DNA of 34,425 nt from NCBI GenBank assembly GCA_946414115.1, contig CAMKNF010000001.1, forward strand, positions 1-34,425. The letters run 5' to 3'. The position numbers and the translations under genes are program-made. The notes beneath the pieces are model-generated. The model saw only the letters and a program-made list of their open reading frames with translations. It made no database searches and was not told the origin of the DNA. The stretch's first letter is position 1. Each line of letters starts with the position of its first letter. This document shows positions 1 through 11,366 of this stretch, one piece after another. Source of the DNA: an uncultured Ruminococcus sp. GTDB lineage: Bacteria; Bacillota; Clostridia; Oscillospirales; Acutalibacteraceae.

Positions 1-155
1 CTTAAAATTCGGGCTGCAATTTTTCCAAACAAACCGACTTTTCCACTCGATTTGCCCGCCGAGGCACTCGGCTAAATTATAGCTTAGCTCACAAACTTAA
101 CAGAAAATCTATACTTATTAAAAGCTATCAAAAATATTTTATTTTTCAGGTAATT

Positions 156-189
156 AAAAACTAAAGGCTGCTCCAAATGGAACAGCCTT
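156..189 (-). terminator. Intrinsic terminator after rplQ
   Basis: Inverted repeat AAGGCTG(164-170)/CAGCCTT(183-189) followed by a T-rich tract on the minus strand. Confidence 0.7.
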
Positions 190-219
190 AATTTATTCAG
201 CAAAATTTATATCCGAAAA

Positions 220-561
220 TCAGATAAGCTCGATGATTGCCATTTCAGCGCCGTCACCACGACGAGGACCGATTTTAGTCACTCTTGTGTAACCGCCGCT
301 TCTCTCCTTATACTTGGGAGCAATTTCAGTGAAGAGCTTGCTTGTAACATCTTCCTTTGTAACAAAAGCCAAAACAAGGCGTCTGTTGTGAAGTGTGTCG
401 TTCTTTGCTGTAGTAATCATCTTCTCTGCCATAGCCTGAACTTCCTTGGCACGAGTAAGAGTTGTTTCGATTTTGCCGTTTTCGAGAAGGAATGTAACCA
501 TAGCACGGAGCATTGCAGTTCTCTGAGCTGTAGTTCTTCCTAATTTTCTTGTACCGGGCAT
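220..561 (-). CDS. rplQ: 50S ribosomal protein L17
   Basis: MPGTRKLGR...[16 protein letters not shown] at 561 is preceded by AGGAG. Confidence 0.98.
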   Translation of the reverse strand: MPGTRKLGRTTAQRTAMLRAMVTFLLENGKIETTLTRAKEVQAMAEKMITTAKNDTLHNRRLVLAFVTKEDVTSKLFTEIAPKYKERSGGYTRVTKIGPRRGDGAEMAIIELI

Positions 562-598
562 TGTTTTCACTCCTTTACCGTTGGTTTAAAAGGGTAGT

Positions 599-1552
599 TT
601 ATTCGTCTTCCTTCTGAAGACTGAAACCGAGAGAATTAAGCTTCTGAATAACCTCTTCAAGAGATTTTCTGCCGAGGTTTCTAACCTTCATCATATCCTC
701 TTCGGACTTGTTAATTAAATCTTCAACCGTGTTGATTCCTGCACGCTTTAAGCAGTTGAACGAACGAACCGACAAATCGAGATCTTCGATTGTCATTTCA
801 AGGATTTTCTCCTTGCCCTTGTCGTCCTTTTCAACCATAAGCTCTGCGCTTGAAGCCTTGTCGGAAAGATTTACAAAGAGGTTTAAGTGCTCTGTAAGAA
901 CCTTTGCCGCAAGAGAAACAGCCTCTTCAGCGTTGATAACGCCGTTTGTCCATACGTCAAGTGTGAGCTTGTCAAAGTCGGTAATCTGACCTACACGGGT
1001 GTTGTCAACCGTATAGTTAACCTTTAACACGGGAGTATAGATTGAGTCAATCGGAAGTACACCGATTACATTGTTACCGCTTAACTGCTTGTTGCGCTCG
1101 CCGGGAACATAACCTCTGCCCTTGTCAACGGTTATTTCCATATTGAGCTTTGCGCCCTCGCCGAGAGTAGCGATGTGAAGCTCGGGATTTAAAATCTCAA
1201 CCTCGTTGTCGCACTTGACGTCGGCAGCAGTTACTTCACAAGGACCCTCGGCTGCAATTTCAACAACCTTAGGGCAGGTTTCGTGAAGCTTGGGAACAAG
1301 ACTTTTCAAATTGAGAACAATTTCCGTAACGTCTTCCTTTACGCCGGGAATAGTTGAAAATTCGTGAAGAACGCCGTCAATCTTAACAGATGTAACAGCA
1401 CAGCCTTCAAGAGAGGAAAGCAATACTCTGCGCAGGCTGTTGCCGAGAGTGTTGCCAAAGCCACGCTCAAGCGGTTCAACAACAAATCTGCCGTATTTCC
1501 CGTCCTCGGTTAATTCTGCAGTTTCAATTCTTGGCTTTTCAATTTCAATCAT
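599..1552 (-). CDS. rpoA: RNA polymerase alpha subunit
   Basis: [36 protein letters not shown]. Confidence 0.99.
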   Translation of the reverse strand: MIEIEKPRIETAELTEDGKYGRFVVEPLERGFGNTLGNSLRRVLLSSLEGCAVTSVKIDGVLHEFSTIPGVKEDVTEIVLNLKSLVPKLHETCPKVVEIAAEGPCEVTAADVKCDNEVEILNPELHIATLGEGAKLNMEITVDKGRGYVPGERNKQLSGNNVIGVLPIDSIYTPVLKVNYTVDNTRVGQITDFDKLTLDVWTNGVINAEEAVSLAAKVLTEHLNLFVNLSDKASSAELMVEKDDKGKEKILEMTIEDLDLSVRSFNCLKRAGINTVEDLINKSEEDMMKVRNLGRKSLEEVIQKLNSLGFSLQKEDE

Positions 1553-1625
1553 TCGCGAATCCTCCTGACATTATGCGGCTGAAAAAACAGCCAATGTATG
1601 TGTAATCTGCCTGTGAAAATCGGGA

Positions 1626-2228
1626 TTACTTGGAGTACAACTCAACGATGAGGTGTTCTTCAACAGGATAATCAATATCCTCTCTCTGGGGAGCAGCAAC
1701 TACCTTGCCGCCGAGAAGATTCTCGTCCTTCTCAAGCCACTTGGGAGTAACAGTTGAAGCTGTTTCGCCCTCTGCAATTGCTTTGAATCTTGTTGTTGAG
1801 CGGCTCTTTTCACTAACCTGGATAACATCGCCAACCTTAACAAGGTATGAGGGAATGTTTACCTTTTTGCCGTTAACAGTAAAGTGAGCGTGACTAACAA
1901 GCTGTCTTGCTTCTCTTCTTGTAGCTGCAAGACCGAGTCTGAAAACAACGTTGTCAAGTCTGCGTTCAATTAATGTGAGCAATACGGCACCTGTTTTGCC
2001 TTCAGCCTTTTCAGCCTTCTCATAGTAAGCTCTGAACTGCTTTTCCATAATGCCGTAAATAAATTTAACCTTCTGCTTTTCGGTAAGCTGCATGCTGTAT
2101 TCGCTCTTTTTTCTTCTCATCTTACCGCCGGGGTTTCTGTTGGAAGTTTTCTTTGAGTAACCCATAACTGCGGGAGAAATGCCGAGAGCTCTGCAACGCT
2201 TAGCGATAGGCTGCATATTTTTAGCCAT
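1626..2228 (-). CDS. rpsD: 30S ribosomal protein S4
   Basis: ERRLDNVVFRLG, ARQLVSH, VELYSK. Confidence 0.98.
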   Translation of the reverse strand: MAKNMQPIAKRCRALGISPAVMGYSKKTSNRNPGGKMRRKKSEYSMQLTEKQKVKFIYGIMEKQFRAYYEKAEKAEGKTGAVLLTLIERRLDNVVFRLGLAATRREARQLVSHAHFTVNGKKVNIPSYLVKVGDVIQVSEKSRSTTRFKAIAEGETASTVTPKWLEKDENLLGGKVVAAPQREDIDYPVEEHLIVELYSK

Positions 2229-2251
2229 TGAAATATCCTCCTTTTATAATA

Positions 2252-2653
2252 CTATACACGTCTTCTCTTTGGAGGACGGCATCCGTTGTGAGGAATCGGA
2301 GTAACGTCTTTAATCATAGTTACTTCAAGACCTGCTGTCTGCAATGCACGGATTGCAGCTTCTCTGCCCTGTCCCGGTCCTTTTACATAAACCTCGACGT
2401 ACTTCATACCATGTTCCATTGCTGCCTTTGCAGCTGTTTCAGCTGCTGACTGAGCGGCAAACGGAGTTGACTTCTTAGAGCCTCTGAAACCGAGCTCGCC
2501 TGCGCTTGCCCACGAAACAGCATTGCCCTGTGTATCGGAAATAGTAACAATTGTATTGTTAAATGTTGACTGGATATGCGCTGCGCCTTTTTCAATGTTC
2601 TTGCGCTCACGGCGACGGCGAATAACCTTCTTACCACCCTTTGGTGCTGCCAT
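2252..2653 (-). CDS. rpsK: 30S ribosomal protein S11
   Basis: [27 protein letters not shown]. Confidence 0.99.
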   Translation of the reverse strand: MAAPKGGKKVIRRRRERKNIEKGAAHIQSTFNNTIVTISDTQGNAVSWASAGELGFRGSKKSTPFAAQSAAETAAKAAMEHGMKYVEVYVKGPGQGREAAIRALQTAGLEVTMIKDVTPIPHNGCRPPKRRRV

Positions 2654-2668
2654 AGTCCTTTGCCCTCC

Positions 2669-3037
2669 TTACTTCTTCTTATTAGCCATTGTCTTACGGG
2701 GACCCTTGCGAGTACGAGCGTTAGTCTTTGAACGCTGACCTCTTACGGGGAGACCCTTTCTGTGACGAACGCCACGGTAACAGCCAATATCAATAAGTCT
2801 TTTAATATCATAAGCGATGTCACGGCGAAGGTCACCTTCAACGCGGCAGTGATGCTCAATATATTCTCTGAGCTTTGCAATATCCTCTTCAGTTAAATCT
2901 CTGACACGAGTGTCGGGATTAACACCTGTTGCAGCAATAATGTCGTCTGCAGTCTTACGGCCGATACCGTAGATATAAGTTAAACCGATTTCAACTCTTT
3001 TATCTCTTGGTAAGTCAACACCTGCTATACGAGCCAT
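2669..3037 (-). CDS. rpsM: 30S ribosomal protein S13
   Basis: [28 protein letters not shown]. Confidence 0.99.
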   Translation of the reverse strand: MARIAGVDLPRDKRVEIGLTYIYGIGRKTADDIIAATGVNPDTRVRDLTEEDIAKLREYIEHHCRVEGDLRRDIAYDIKRLIDIGCYRGVRHRKGLPVRGQRSKTNARTRKGPRKTMANKKK

Positions 3038-3087
3038 TCAGTTGCACCTCCATATAAATTTAAAAAATAATAGTTGTTTTAAGGTAA

Positions 3088-3201
3088 TTAACCCTGACGC
3101 TGTTTGTGCTTGGGGTTTTCGCAGATTACTAAAATCTTACCTTTTCTCTTGATAACTTTGCACTTATCGCACATCTTCTTTACTGAAGGTCTGACTTTCA
3201 T
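3088..3201 (-). CDS. rpmJ: 50S ribosomal protein L36 (not in ORF track)
   Basis: Manual translation [37 protein letters not shown]. Confidence 0.97.
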   Translation of the reverse strand: MKVRPSVKKMCDKCKVIKRKGKILVICENPKHKQRQG

Positions 3202-3241
3202 TTATAATCATTCCTTTCTGAAAATCGTGTTCCTACCCGGC

Positions 3242-3460
3242 TTATTTTGAACGCCAGGTAATTCTTCCTCTGGTCAGGTCGTATGGAGACATCTCCACAG
3301 TAACCTTGTCGCCCGGCAAAATGCGAATGAAATTCATTCTGAGTTTGCCTGAAATAACAGCTAAGATCACGTGACCGTTCTGAAGCTCAACCTTGAACTG
3401 CGCATTCGGCAGAGCCTCTCTTACAATACCTTCTATTTCAATTACATCCTGTTTAGACAT
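3242..3460 (-). CDS. infA: Translation initiation factor IF-1
   Basis: [32 protein letters not shown]. Confidence 0.99.
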   Translation of the reverse strand: MSKQDVIEIEGIVREALPNAQFKVELQNGHVILAVISGKLRMNFIRILPGDKVTVEMSPYDLTRGRITWRSK

Positions 3461-3464
3461 ACCG

Positions 3465-3707
3465 TTAACCTCCGTTTTTAAAATCGTTTAAAATTCTTTT
3501 TATTTGCGGATTGGTTTCAATTGAACCCTCGTAAACCTTGTTTGCAGGTGCAAGATGAATAAGCTTTTTCTTTTTCGGCTTCTCAAGCTTTCTTGTCCTT
3601 CCGTCTGCGATATACGCATAGCCGGACTCAACGCCGAGAACGACAAAGAAGTTATCCTTTTCTCTGCCTGCCTTTGCCCTGACAATACTTCCTCTGACTA
3701 TGCTCAT
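3465..3707 (-). CDS. KOW-domain RNA-binding protein (L14e-like)
   Basis: AGREKD...[20 protein letters not shown]; usual position between map and infA in Clostridia. Confidence 0.85.
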   Translation of the reverse strand: MSIVRGSIVRAKAGREKDNFFVVLGVESGYAYIADGRTRKLEKPKKKKLIHLAPANKVYEGSIETNPQIKRILNDFKNGG

Positions 3708-3715
3708 AAGTCACC

Positions 3716-4468
3716 TTAATCAATCAGAGTCATAATCTTAGGGCCGTCGGGAGTTATTGCAATTGTATGCTCAAAGTGAGCGGCAAGCTTTCCGTCCTTT
3801 GTGACGGTAGTCCACTCGTCGTCAAGCACCTCAACCTCATAAGTCCCTTGGGTTATCATGGGTTCAATGGCAATTGTCATACCCGGAATAAGGCGAACGC
3901 CCCGTCCCGGAGTACCGTAATTGGGTACGCTTGGGTCTTCGTGTAATTTCGCACCTACGCCGTGGCCGACAAAATCTCGTACCACCGAGTAACTGCGAGC
4001 TTCGACATACTGCTGAACAGCACTGCCTATGTCACCTATACGGTTACCGGCAAGAGCCTTATTAATTCCCTCATAAAGGCTCTCCTTTGTGGCGTCAAGC
4101 AAAGCCTGCGCTTCTGCACTGATTTTGCCGCAGGGAAATGTGTAGGCGTTGTCGCCGTGAAATCCCTCATAATATGCGCCGACATCGACGCTTACTATGT
4201 CGCCCTCTTTAAGGATCTGTTTCTTACTTGGTATGCCATGGATAACCACATTGTTTACGGAAATGCACGCACTCGCAGGAAATCCGCCATAACCGAGAAA
4301 CGAGGGAGTAGCTCCCTGTTTCTCGATATATTTACGGACAATTGTATCTATTTCATAAGTAGTTACACCGGGCTTTACAGCCTCTCCCGCAACACGGAGT
4401 GCCTCGGCAGAAATTCTGCATGCGTCTTTCATTTTAGAAAGTTCCCGTGCTGTTTTAATAACTACCAT
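3716..4468 (-). CDS. map: Type I methionine aminopeptidase
   Basis: GHGVG, AIEPM, AHFEHT motifs. Confidence 0.98.
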   Translation of the reverse strand: MVVIKTARELSKMKDACRISAEALRVAGEAVKPGVTTYEIDTIVRKYIEKQGATPSFLGYGGFPASACISVNNVVIHGIPSKKQILKEGDIVSVDVGAYYEGFHGDNAYTFPCGKISAEAQALLDATKESLYEGINKALAGNRIGDIGSAVQQYVEARSYSVVRDFVGHGVGAKLHEDPSVPNYGTPGRGVRLIPGMTIAIEPMITQGTYEVEVLDDEWTTVTKDGKLAAHFEHTIAITPDGPKIMTLID

Positions 4469-4473
4469 ACTTT

Positions 4474-5106
4474 TTACGCCTCGATTGCCTTGAGGATAAG
4501 AGCCGTAGTATCTTCTACGTTGTCCTGTCCTTCAACATTAACGAGCTTACCCTGCTTTTTGTAATAATCAACAAGGGGCTCTGTTTCCTTGTGGTAAACA
4601 TCAAGACGAGCAAGTACAGTGTCGGGGTGGTCGTCCTTGCGCTGAACAAGGGTGCCGCCGCAATCGTCGCAAACCCCATCCTTCTTGGGCTTTAAGTTCA
4701 CAAGATGATAAGGTCTGCCGCAATTTTCGCAGACACGGCGTCCGGACATACGGTTGATGATTCTTTCATCAGCAACATCAATATTGATAACGTACTGAAT
4801 CTCAACACCCATATTGTCAAGAGCCTCAGCCTGAGGAATAGTTCTTGGGAAGCCGTCAAGAATGAAACCCTTTTGGCAGTCGTCCTCGGAAAGTCTTTCT
4901 TTAACGATTCCGATAACTACCTCGTCGGGAACAAGCTTGCCTTCGTCCATAAAGGACTTAGCCTTAAGACCCATCTCAGTGCCGTTTTTCAGCGCCTCAC
5001 GAATCATGTTTCCGGTTGAAATTGTGGGAATACCAAAGTGCTCGCAAAGTACAGCAGCCTGTGTGCCTTTACCTGCACCCGGAGCGCCTAACATGATAAT
5101 GTTCAT
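4474..5106 (-). CDS. adk: Adenylate kinase (zinc lid)
   Basis: GAPGAGKGTQ, LDGFPRT, two CxxC pairs. Confidence 0.99.
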   Translation of the reverse strand: MNIIMLGAPGAGKGTQAAVLCEHFGIPTISTGNMIREALKNGTEMGLKAKSFMDEGKLVPDEVVIGIVKERLSEDDCQKGFILDGFPRTIPQAEALDNMGVEIQYVINIDVADERIINRMSGRRVCENCGRPYHLVNLKPKKDGVCDDCGGTLVQRKDDHPDTVLARLDVYHKETEPLVDYYKKQGKLVNVEGQDNVEDTTALILKAIEA

Positions 5107-5130
5107 TTAATTATACTCCTTTTTCAGTAA

Positions 5131-6465
5131 TTAGTCAAGAAAACCTTTGTAGTGACGCATCATCATCTGTGACTCGAGCTGTTTTACTGTTTCAAGTGCA
5201 ACGCCAACGATAATGATGATTGATGTACCGCCGATAGCCATATTGCCCATACCTGTTGCAGCACCGTAGATGTGCGGGAGCAAAGCGATGAAAGCAAGGA
5301 AGAGTGCGCCGATAAGTGTTATTCTTGACAGAATGTTTCTGATATAATCAGCTGTCGGAGCACCGGGACGGATACCGGGAACGGTACCGTTGTTTGCTTT
5401 GAGGTTGTTTGCCATTTCAACAGGATTGTACTGAATAGTCGTATAGAAATAAGCGAACATAATGATAAGAATAAAATACAATACCATATACAACCAGCCG
5501 TTTGTGCTGAAGGCTTCAAAGAAAGCACCCCAGAAACCGTCCTTAATCTGAAGGAAGAGGTTGACTGTACCGGGAATTGAAAGAATAGAGCTTGCAAAAA
5601 TGATGGGGAGAACGCCGCCGAGAGCAACCTTGATAGGAAGGTGGCTTGACTGTCCGCCGTACATCTTTCTGCCTACAACACGCTTTGCGTACTGAATCGG
5701 AATTCTTCTTTCGCTGTCCTGCATAAAGGTGATAACCCAGATAACAGCAACAAAAATGAGAACCCAGAGCGGAACGAGGAAGTAATACTGTGTATAACCC
5801 TCTGAACCGAGACCCCAGTACTGACCGAGTGTGCTGATTGTTGCGGGGAGCTGTGCAACGATACCTGCGAAAAGGAGGATAGAAATACCGTTTCCGATAC
5901 CGTTCTTGTTAATCTGCTCGCCCAGCCACATCATAAGAGCTGTACCTGCCGTGAACACGAGCACGATTACAATTGCAGAGAACCACATATCGAAGCCCTC
6001 GTTGTAGATTGTGATGTGCTTACCGCTTTCGGTCATTGTGTTCTTGAGGTAGAAGTAGTATGCAGTACCCTGAATAAGACCGAGACCGACGGTTACGTAA
6101 CGGGTGATAGTACCGATTTTACGTCTGCCTGCCTCGCCCTCTTTAGCCATTCTCTCAAGAGGAGGAATAGCAACGCAGAGGAGCTGCATAATAATCGAGC
6201 TGTTGATGTAAGGAGTGATACCCATTGCAAACAATGTTGCGTTTGCAAACGCACCACCCGAAAGTGTGTTGAGATAAGCCAGCATATTTGTGCTGGAATC
6301 AGGATTGTCTGTAATCAGCTTCATTGCTTCTGCAAGAGCTGTTGTGTCCAGAAACGGAACGGGGATAACCGAACCGATTCTGAATACTACGATAATTAAA
6401 AGTGTAAATAAGATTTTTCTTCTTAAGTCAGGAATTGACCAAGCGTTTCTTATTGTTTTAAACAC
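5131..6465 (-). CDS. secY: Preprotein translocase SecY
   Basis: GITPYINSSIIMQLL, GIGNGIS, PGIRPG, GGTSIIIIVGVAL; GTG start. Confidence 0.99.
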   Translation of the reverse strand: MFKTIRNAWSIPDLRRKILFTLLIIVVFRIGSVIPVPFLDTTALAEAMKLITDNPDSSTNMLAYLNTLSGGAFANATLFAMGITPYINSSIIMQLLCVAIPPLERMAKEGEAGRRKIGTITRYVTVGLGLIQGTAYYFYLKNTMTESGKHITIYNEGFDMWFSAIVIVLVFTAGTALMMWLGEQINKNGIGNGISILLFAGIVAQLPATISTLGQYWGLGSEGYTQYYFLVPLWVLIFVAVIWVITFMQDSERRIPIQYAKRVVGRKMYGGQSSHLPIKVALGGVLPIIFASSILSIPGTVNLFLQIKDGFWGAFFEAFSTNGWLYMVLYFILIIMFAYFYTTIQYNPVEMANNLKANNGTVPGIRPGAPTADYIRNILSRITLIGALFLAFIALLPHIYGAATGMGNMAIGGTSIIIIVGVALETVKQLESQMMMRHYKGFLD

Positions 6466-6909
6466 TTAAATCACCTCTGCCTTTCCGCCTGCAGCCTCAA
6501 TAGCAGCTTTAGCTGATTCGGAAAAAGCAGAAACCTTAACAGTGAGTTTTTTCTCGAGCTTACCGTTGCCGAGAACCTTAACAGCGTCAAAACCGTTCTT
6601 TACTACTCCTGCATTAACAAGAGCCTCAATATCAACTGTTGCGCCGTCTTCAAACTTTCTGTTTAATGTGCTGAGGTTAATTGCAACTACGTTTTTAGCA
6701 AAGATGTTGTTAAAACCTCTTTTCGGTAAACGGCGCTGCAAGGGCATCTGACCGCCTTCAAAGCCCGGACGGACACCGCCGCCTGAACGAGCCTTCTGAC
6801 CTTTGTGACCTTTGCCGGCTGTTTTACCCCAGCCAGAGCCGTGACCTCTGCCGATTCTCTTTGCGTCCTTCTTGGAGCCTTCAACCGGAGAAAGTTCATG
6901 TAACTTCAT
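6466..6909 (-). CDS. rplO: 50S ribosomal protein L15
   Basis: MKLHEL start after [23 protein letters not shown]. Confidence 0.98.
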   Translation of the reverse strand: MKLHELSPVEGSKKDAKRIGRGHGSGWGKTAGKGHKGQKARSGGGVRPGFEGGQMPLQRRLPKRGFNNIFAKNVVAINLSTLNRKFEDGATVDIEALVNAGVVKNGFDAVKVLGNGKLEKKLTVKVSAFSESAKAAIEAAGGKAEVI

Positions 6910-6925
6910 AAGTGCACCTCCTTGC

Positions 6926-7096
6926 TTACGCTTCAATAACCTCTACGAGGTGAATGATTTTTGCTACCTTGCCTTTTGTCGAAGCGTTATCGGGCTGTGT
7001 TGTAACGTCACCGATTTTCTTCAGACCTAAAGCGTGGGCTGTTGCAATCTGATCCTTCTTGGAGCCGATAAGGCTCTTAACCAACTTAATTGTCAT
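6926..7096 (-). CDS. rpmD: 50S ribosomal protein L30 (not in ORF track)
   Basis: Manual translation [30 protein letters not shown]...[17 protein letters not shown]; lies between rpsE and rplO. Confidence 0.95.
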   Translation of the reverse strand: MTIKLVKSLIGSKKDQIATAHALGLKKIGDVTTQPDNASTKGKVAKIIHLVEVIEA

Positions 7097-7113
7097 AATC
7101 TGCAACCTCCCTA

Positions 7114-7611
7114 TTATAAAATTTCCTTAACGGATTTACCGCGGATAGCAGCTACTTCGTCAGCATTTCTGAGAGCTGCAAGACCTGCGAGTGTAGCTCT
7201 TACTACGTTGCAGGGGTTGTTTGAACGAAGAGCCTTTGTTCTGATGTCCTTGATGCCGACTGCTTCAACAACGGCACGAACAGGACCGCCTGCGATAACA
7301 CCGGTACCGGGAGCAGCGGGCTTCATAAGAACTCTGCCTGCACCGAACTCGCCGATGATTTCGTGAGGAATTGTTGTTCCTCTGAGTGAAACCTTCATAA
7401 GGTTTTTCTTTGCATCCTCAATACCCTTGCGGATAGCGTCGGGTACTTCGCCTGCTTTACCGATACCGAAACCAACTGTTCCGTTACCGTCGCCTACAAC
7501 TACAAGAGCTGCAAACTTGAATATACGACCGCCCTTAACCGTCTTTGATACACGGTTAATAGTAACGACTCTTTCTTTTAATTCGCCTGTTACTTCTACT
7601 GTTTTAGCCAA
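7114..7611 (-). CDS. rpsE: 30S ribosomal protein S5
   Basis: [19 protein letters not shown]. Confidence 0.99.
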   Translation of the reverse strand: MAKTVEVTGELKERVVTINRVSKTVKGGRIFKFAALVVVGDGNGTVGFGIGKAGEVPDAIRKGIEDAKKNLMKVSLRGTTIPHEIIGEFGAGRVLMKPAAPGTGVIAGGPVRAVVEAVGIKDIRTKALRSNNPCNVVRATLAGLAALRNADEVAAIRGKSVKEIL

Positions 7612-7629
7612 AGTTATTCCTCCTCTTCC

Positions 7630-7989
7630 TTAGAAATTGAGGCCGCCCTCACGGGCGCCTTCGGCCAATTCCTTAACACGGCCGTGATAGATATTACCGC
7701 CTCTGTCGAAAACAACATCAACGATATTTTTAGCTTTTGCACGCTCTGCAACGAGAACGCCTACAGCCTTTGCTGCCTCTTTGTTTCCGCCATTACCCTC
7801 GATGGACTTGTCAAGGCTTGAAGCCTGAGCAAGTGTAACACCGGCTACGTCGTCAATAATCTGAGCGTAGATGTTGTTTCTGGAGCGGAATACGCACAAA
7901 CGGGGACAAGATGCTGTGCCGCTTACTTTGCTGCGGACTCTCTTATGGCGTTTTGCACGTGCCTTTTTTGTATCAGGTCTGCTTACCAT
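7630..7989 (-). CDS. rplR: 50S ribosomal protein L18
   Basis: [25 protein letters not shown]. Confidence 0.99.
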   Translation of the reverse strand: MVSRPDTKKARAKRHKRVRSKVSGTASCPRLCVFRSRNNIYAQIIDDVAGVTLAQASSLDKSIEGNGGNKEAAKAVGVLVAERAKAKNIVDVVFDRGGNIYHGRVKELAEGAREGGLNF

Positions 7990-8006
7990 TATTTTTCACT
8001 CCTTAA

Positions 8007-8549
8007 TTATTTGCCCTTACCGGCCTTGCCTTCCTTGCGGCGGATAACTTCGTCAGCGTACTTAATACCCTTGCCCTTATATGGCTCCGGCGGACGCTTT
8101 TCTCTTACTTCGGCAGCAAACTGACCAACCTTTTGCTTATCAATGCCGACAATAATGATTTTGTTGGGGTCGGGAACTTCAATCTTGATGTCCTCTGTAT
8201 CCTCAACGATAACCTGGTGTGAATAACCGAGGTTCATAACGCACTTGTTACCCTGCTTCTGAACACGGTAACCAACGCCGTTAACTTCAAGCTCCTTCTT
8301 GTAGCCCTCTGTAACACCTACAACCATATTGTTGATGAGTGTTCTTGTAAGGCCGTGGAGTGAGCGGTTTTCTTTAGTGTCATCGGGACGAGTAACCTCA
8401 ATTACGTCGCCCTTGATTTCAACTGTCATAGCCTGATTGTATGCGAAATCAAGTGTGCCCTTGGGACCTTTGACAGTGATAACGCCGTCAGCGATAGTCG
8501 CTGTAACACCGGCGGGAATATTTATAGGTTTTCTTCCAATTCGAGACAT
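8007..8549 (-). CDS. rplF: 50S ribosomal protein L6
   Basis: MSRIGRKP start; PEPYKGKGI. Confidence 0.98.
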   Translation of the reverse strand: MSRIGRKPINIPAGVTATIADGVITVKGPKGTLDFAYNQAMTVEIKGDVIEVTRPDDTKENRSLHGLTRTLINNMVVGVTEGYKKELEVNGVGYRVQKQGNKCVMNLGYSHQVIVEDTEDIKIEVPDPNKIIIVGIDKQKVGQFAAEVREKRPPEPYKGKGIKYADEVIRRKEGKAGKGK

Positions 8550-8563
8550 TTTCGCACCTCCTC

Positions 8564-8962
8564 TTACCAAATGTAAGCGAGAACTTCGCCGCCAATGTGC
8601 TCCTTGCGTGCCTGACGGTCAGTCATAACACCCTTGGAGGTAGAAATAATGGCAATTCCGAGTCCCTTCATTACCTTCGGCATATCTTCTGCATTGCTGT
8701 AAATACGTAAACCGGGCTTTGATACACGGCGCAGCCCTGTGATAACAGGAGTCTTGCCGTCAACATACTTAAGAGTAACCTTAATTACGCCCTGCTTGCC
8801 GTCTTCTATAACTGTGAAATTCTTAATGTAGCCTTCATCAAGAAGAATCTGACAAATAGACTTCTTGAGGTTTGAAGCAGGAATTTCAACAGAATCGTGC
8901 TTTGCTGAATTTGCATTACGAATTCTTGTAAGTAAATCAGCAATTGTATCTGTAATCTGCAT
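8564..8962 (-). CDS. rpsH: 30S ribosomal protein S8
   Basis: [26 protein letters not shown]. Confidence 0.99.
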   Translation of the reverse strand: MQITDTIADLLTRIRNANSAKHDSVEIPASNLKKSICQILLDEGYIKNFTVIEDGKQGVIKVTLKYVDGKTPVITGLRRVSKPGLRIYSNAEDMPKVMKGLGIAIISTSKGVMTDRQARKEHIGGEVLAYIW

Positions 8963-8981
8963 TACCTTTATCCTCCCTTGC

Positions 8982-9167
8982 TTACCAGCTTGCTTTCTTT
9001 ACGCCCGGAATTTCGCCCTTGTAAGCGAGCTCACGGAAGCAAATACGACAAATACCATACTTGCGGAGGTAGGCGTGTGGTCTACCACAGATATTACATC
9101 TTGAATACTCTCTTGTAGAGAACTTCTGCTTTCTCTGCTGCTTAACTTTCATTGCAGTTTTAGCCAC
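8982..9167 (-). CDS. rpsN: 30S ribosomal protein S14, zinc-binding type Z
   Basis: RCNICGRP...CRICFRE; 61 aa. Confidence 0.98.
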   Translation of the reverse strand: MAKTAMKVKQQRKQKFSTREYSRCNICGRPHAYLRKYGICRICFRELAYKGEIPGVKKASW

Positions 9168-9179
9168 AACAATCCCTCC

Positions 9180-9719
9180 TTACTTTGAAAACGGTGCGCC
9201 CATGAGAGTTAAAAGCTCACGAGCTTCTTCGTCTGTCTGTGCTGTGGTAACGAAGCAAATGTCCATACCACGAACCTTGTCAATCTTGTCATAATCAATT
9301 TCAGGGAAAATGAGCTGCTCTTTGAGGCCCATATTGTAGTTTCCTCTGCCGTCGAAAGAGTTGGGGTTGATACCTCTGAAGTCTCTTACACGGGGAAGAG
9401 CTACGTTGAAGAGTCTGTCGAGGAACTCGTACATTCTCTCGCCTCTTAAAGTAACCTTACAGCCAATCGGCATACCTTCTCTGAGCTTGAAGTTAGCAAC
9501 TGATTTTCTTGCTCTGCACACGAGAGGCTTCTGACCTGTGATGGCAGAAAGGTCTGTGCAGATAGCGTCAATTACCTTTGAGTTTTCTTTAGCTTCGCCT
9601 GCGCCTACGTTGATAACGATTTTATCAAGCTTCGGAATCTGCATAGTGCTCTTGTAGGAGAACTTTGACATAAGAGCAGGTGCAACTTCTTTTGAATAAT
9701 ATTCCTTAAGTCTTGCCAT
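9180..9719 (-). CDS. rplE: 50S ribosomal protein L5
   Basis: [16 protein letters not shown]. Confidence 0.99.
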   Translation of the reverse strand: MARLKEYYSKEVAPALMSKFSYKSTMQIPKLDKIVINVGAGEAKENSKVIDAICTDLSAITGQKPLVCRARKSVANFKLREGMPIGCKVTLRGERMYEFLDRLFNVALPRVRDFRGINPNSFDGRGNYNMGLKEQLIFPEIDYDKIDKVRGMDICFVTTAQTDEEARELLTLMGAPFSK

Positions 9720-9733
9720 ATCTTATTTCCTCC

Positions 9734-10051
9734 TTACAGCGATTCCTTGCACTTAGCGCAGATTCTGCCCTTTGAGCCGTCCTCAAAAATCTTGTGAGCA
9801 ACTCTTGTGGGCTTCTTGCATCTGGGGCATACAATCTGAACCTTGGAAGCATACATAGCGCCCTCAGCCTTGATGATACCGCCCTGCTCGCCCATCTTTC
9901 TGGGCTTAACGTGCTTTGAAACCATATTACATTTCTCTACGATAACCTTGCCTTCTTTAGGGCTTACAGCCAGAACCTGACCCTTTTTGCCCTTATCCTT
10001 ACCGCTGATAACGATAACGGTGTCGCCTGTTTTTACATGAACCTTATTCAT
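9734..10051 (-). CDS. rplX: 50S ribosomal protein L24
   Basis: GDTVIVISGKDKGKKG KOW motif. Confidence 0.98.
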   Translation of the reverse strand: MNKVHVKTGDTVIVISGKDKGKKGQVLAVSPKEGKVIVEKCNMVSKHVKPRKMGEQGGIIKAEGAMYASKVQIVCPRCKKPTRVAHKIFEDGSKGRICAKCKESL

Positions 10052-10066
10052 TGTGACACCTCCAAA

Positions 10067-10435
10067 TTAAAGTACTTCGGGAGCGAGAGAAAGAATCTTC
10101 ATAAAGTCCTTATCACGAAGCTCTCTTGCTACCGGTCCGAAGATACGAGTACCCTTGGGGTTCTTATCTTCCTTAATGATAACAGCCGCATTTTCATCAA
10201 AGCGGATGTATGTGCCGTCTTCACGTCTTACGCCCTTTGCAGAACGAACAACTACGGCTCTTACAACGTCGCCTTTTTTAACAACACCGCCGGGTGCTGC
10301 TTTTTTAACCGAGGCAACAATAATATCGCCAATGTTGGCATATCTCCTTCTGGTACCGCCGAGTACACGAATGCACATAAGTTCCTTTGCGCCGGTGTTG
10401 TCGGCAACCTTGAGGATGGTTTGCTGTTGAATCAC
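10067..10435 (-). CDS. rplN: 50S ribosomal protein L14
   Basis: [20 protein letters not shown]. Confidence 0.99.
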   Translation of the reverse strand: MIQQQTILKVADNTGAKELMCIRVLGGTRRRYANIGDIIVASVKKAAPGGVVKKGDVVRAVVVRSAKGVRREDGTYIRFDENAAVIIKEDKNPKGTRIFGPVARELRDKDFMKILSLAPEVL

Positions 10436-10468
10436 AGTGTATTCCTCCTTTTCTCAAAGCCGCTAAAC

Positions 10469-10726
10469 TTATTTAGCTTTCTCAATAATCTCGACGAGTC
10501 TCCATCTTTTATCCTTAGAAAGAGGACGGGTCTCCATAACCTTTACACGGTCGCCGATATTGCACTCATTGTTCTCGTCGTGTGCCTTAAAGCGAACCGT
10601 ACGCTTAACAATTTTGTTATAAAGCTTATGCTTTACGCTGTCTTCAACGGCAACAACGATTGTTTTGTCCATCTTGTTGCTTACAACCTTGCCGACAACG
10701 GTTTTTCTCATATTTCTTTCACTCAC
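10469..10726 (-). CDS. rpsQ: 30S ribosomal protein S17
   Basis: [19 protein letters not shown]. Confidence 0.99.
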   Translation of the reverse strand: MSERNMRKTVVGKVVSNKMDKTIVVAVEDSVKHKLYNKIVKRTVRFKAHDENNECNIGDRVKVMETRPLSKDKRWRLVEIIEKAK

Positions 10727-10743
10727 TGTTAAGTCCCCCTCTC

Positions 10744-10947
10744 TTAAGCTTCTGTGCCGCTAAGTTCACGCTGACGAAGAATTGTAGAAACTCTTGCAAT
10801 GTCCTTCTTTACGGCACCGATTCTGGATGAGTTTTCGAGCTGGTTAACAGCAAGCTGGAAACGAAGATTAAATAATTCTTCCTTGAGTTCTGTGAGCTTT
10901 GTCTGAAGCTCTTCAACTGACATTTCTCTGATTTCTGATGCTTTCAT
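10744..10947 (-). CDS. rpmC: 50S ribosomal protein L29
   Basis: [15 protein letters not shown]. Confidence 0.98.
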   Translation of the reverse strand: MKASEIREMSVEELQTKLTELKEELFNLRFQLAVNQLENSSRIGAVKKDIARVSTILRQRELSGTEA

Positions 10948-11366
10948 TACTGCTCACCCTCCTCTTTTTTAACAAACTTGCACTTGATGGGAAGCTTTGT
11001 TGAAGCAAGACGAAGTGCTTCTCTTGCTGTAGCTTCATCAACGCCTGCGAGTTCAAACATAACTCTGCCGGGCTTAACTACTGCAACCCAGTATTCGGGA
11101 GAACCTTTACCTGAACCCATTCGAGTTTCAGCAGGCTTTGCTGTAACAGGCTTGTCAGGGAAAATCTTAATCCAAACTTTACCGAATCTTTTGCAGTAAC
11201 GTGTCATAGCGATACGGGCAGCCTCAATCTGGTTTGAGGTGATCCATGCAGGCTCGATAGCCTGAAGACCGTACTCACCGTAAGTAACCTTGTTACCACG
11301 AAGAGCCTTACCTGTCATACGACCTCTGTGTACTCTTCTGTACTTAACTCTCTTTGGTAATAACAT
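10947..11366 (-). CDS. rplP: 50S ribosomal protein L16
   Basis: [18 protein letters not shown]. Confidence 0.99.
   Translation of the reverse strand: MLLPKRVKYRRVHRGRMTGKALRGNKVTYGEYGLQAIEPAWITSNQIEAARIAMTRYCKRFGKVWIKIFPDKPVTAKPAETRMGSGKGSPEYWVAVVKPGRVMFELAGVDEATAREALRLASTKLPIKCKFVKKEEGEQ

Noticed and set aside
1..80. Riboswitch-like hairpins on the minus strand (GGCAAA...GAAA)
   Set aside because: Lacks the GCAAAG and second stem of c-di-GMP-I, is G-U rich, and is truncated by the window edge
1626..3707. rpsD inside the alpha operon and the KOW gene before infA as novelties
   Set aside because: Both arrangements are normal in Clostridia
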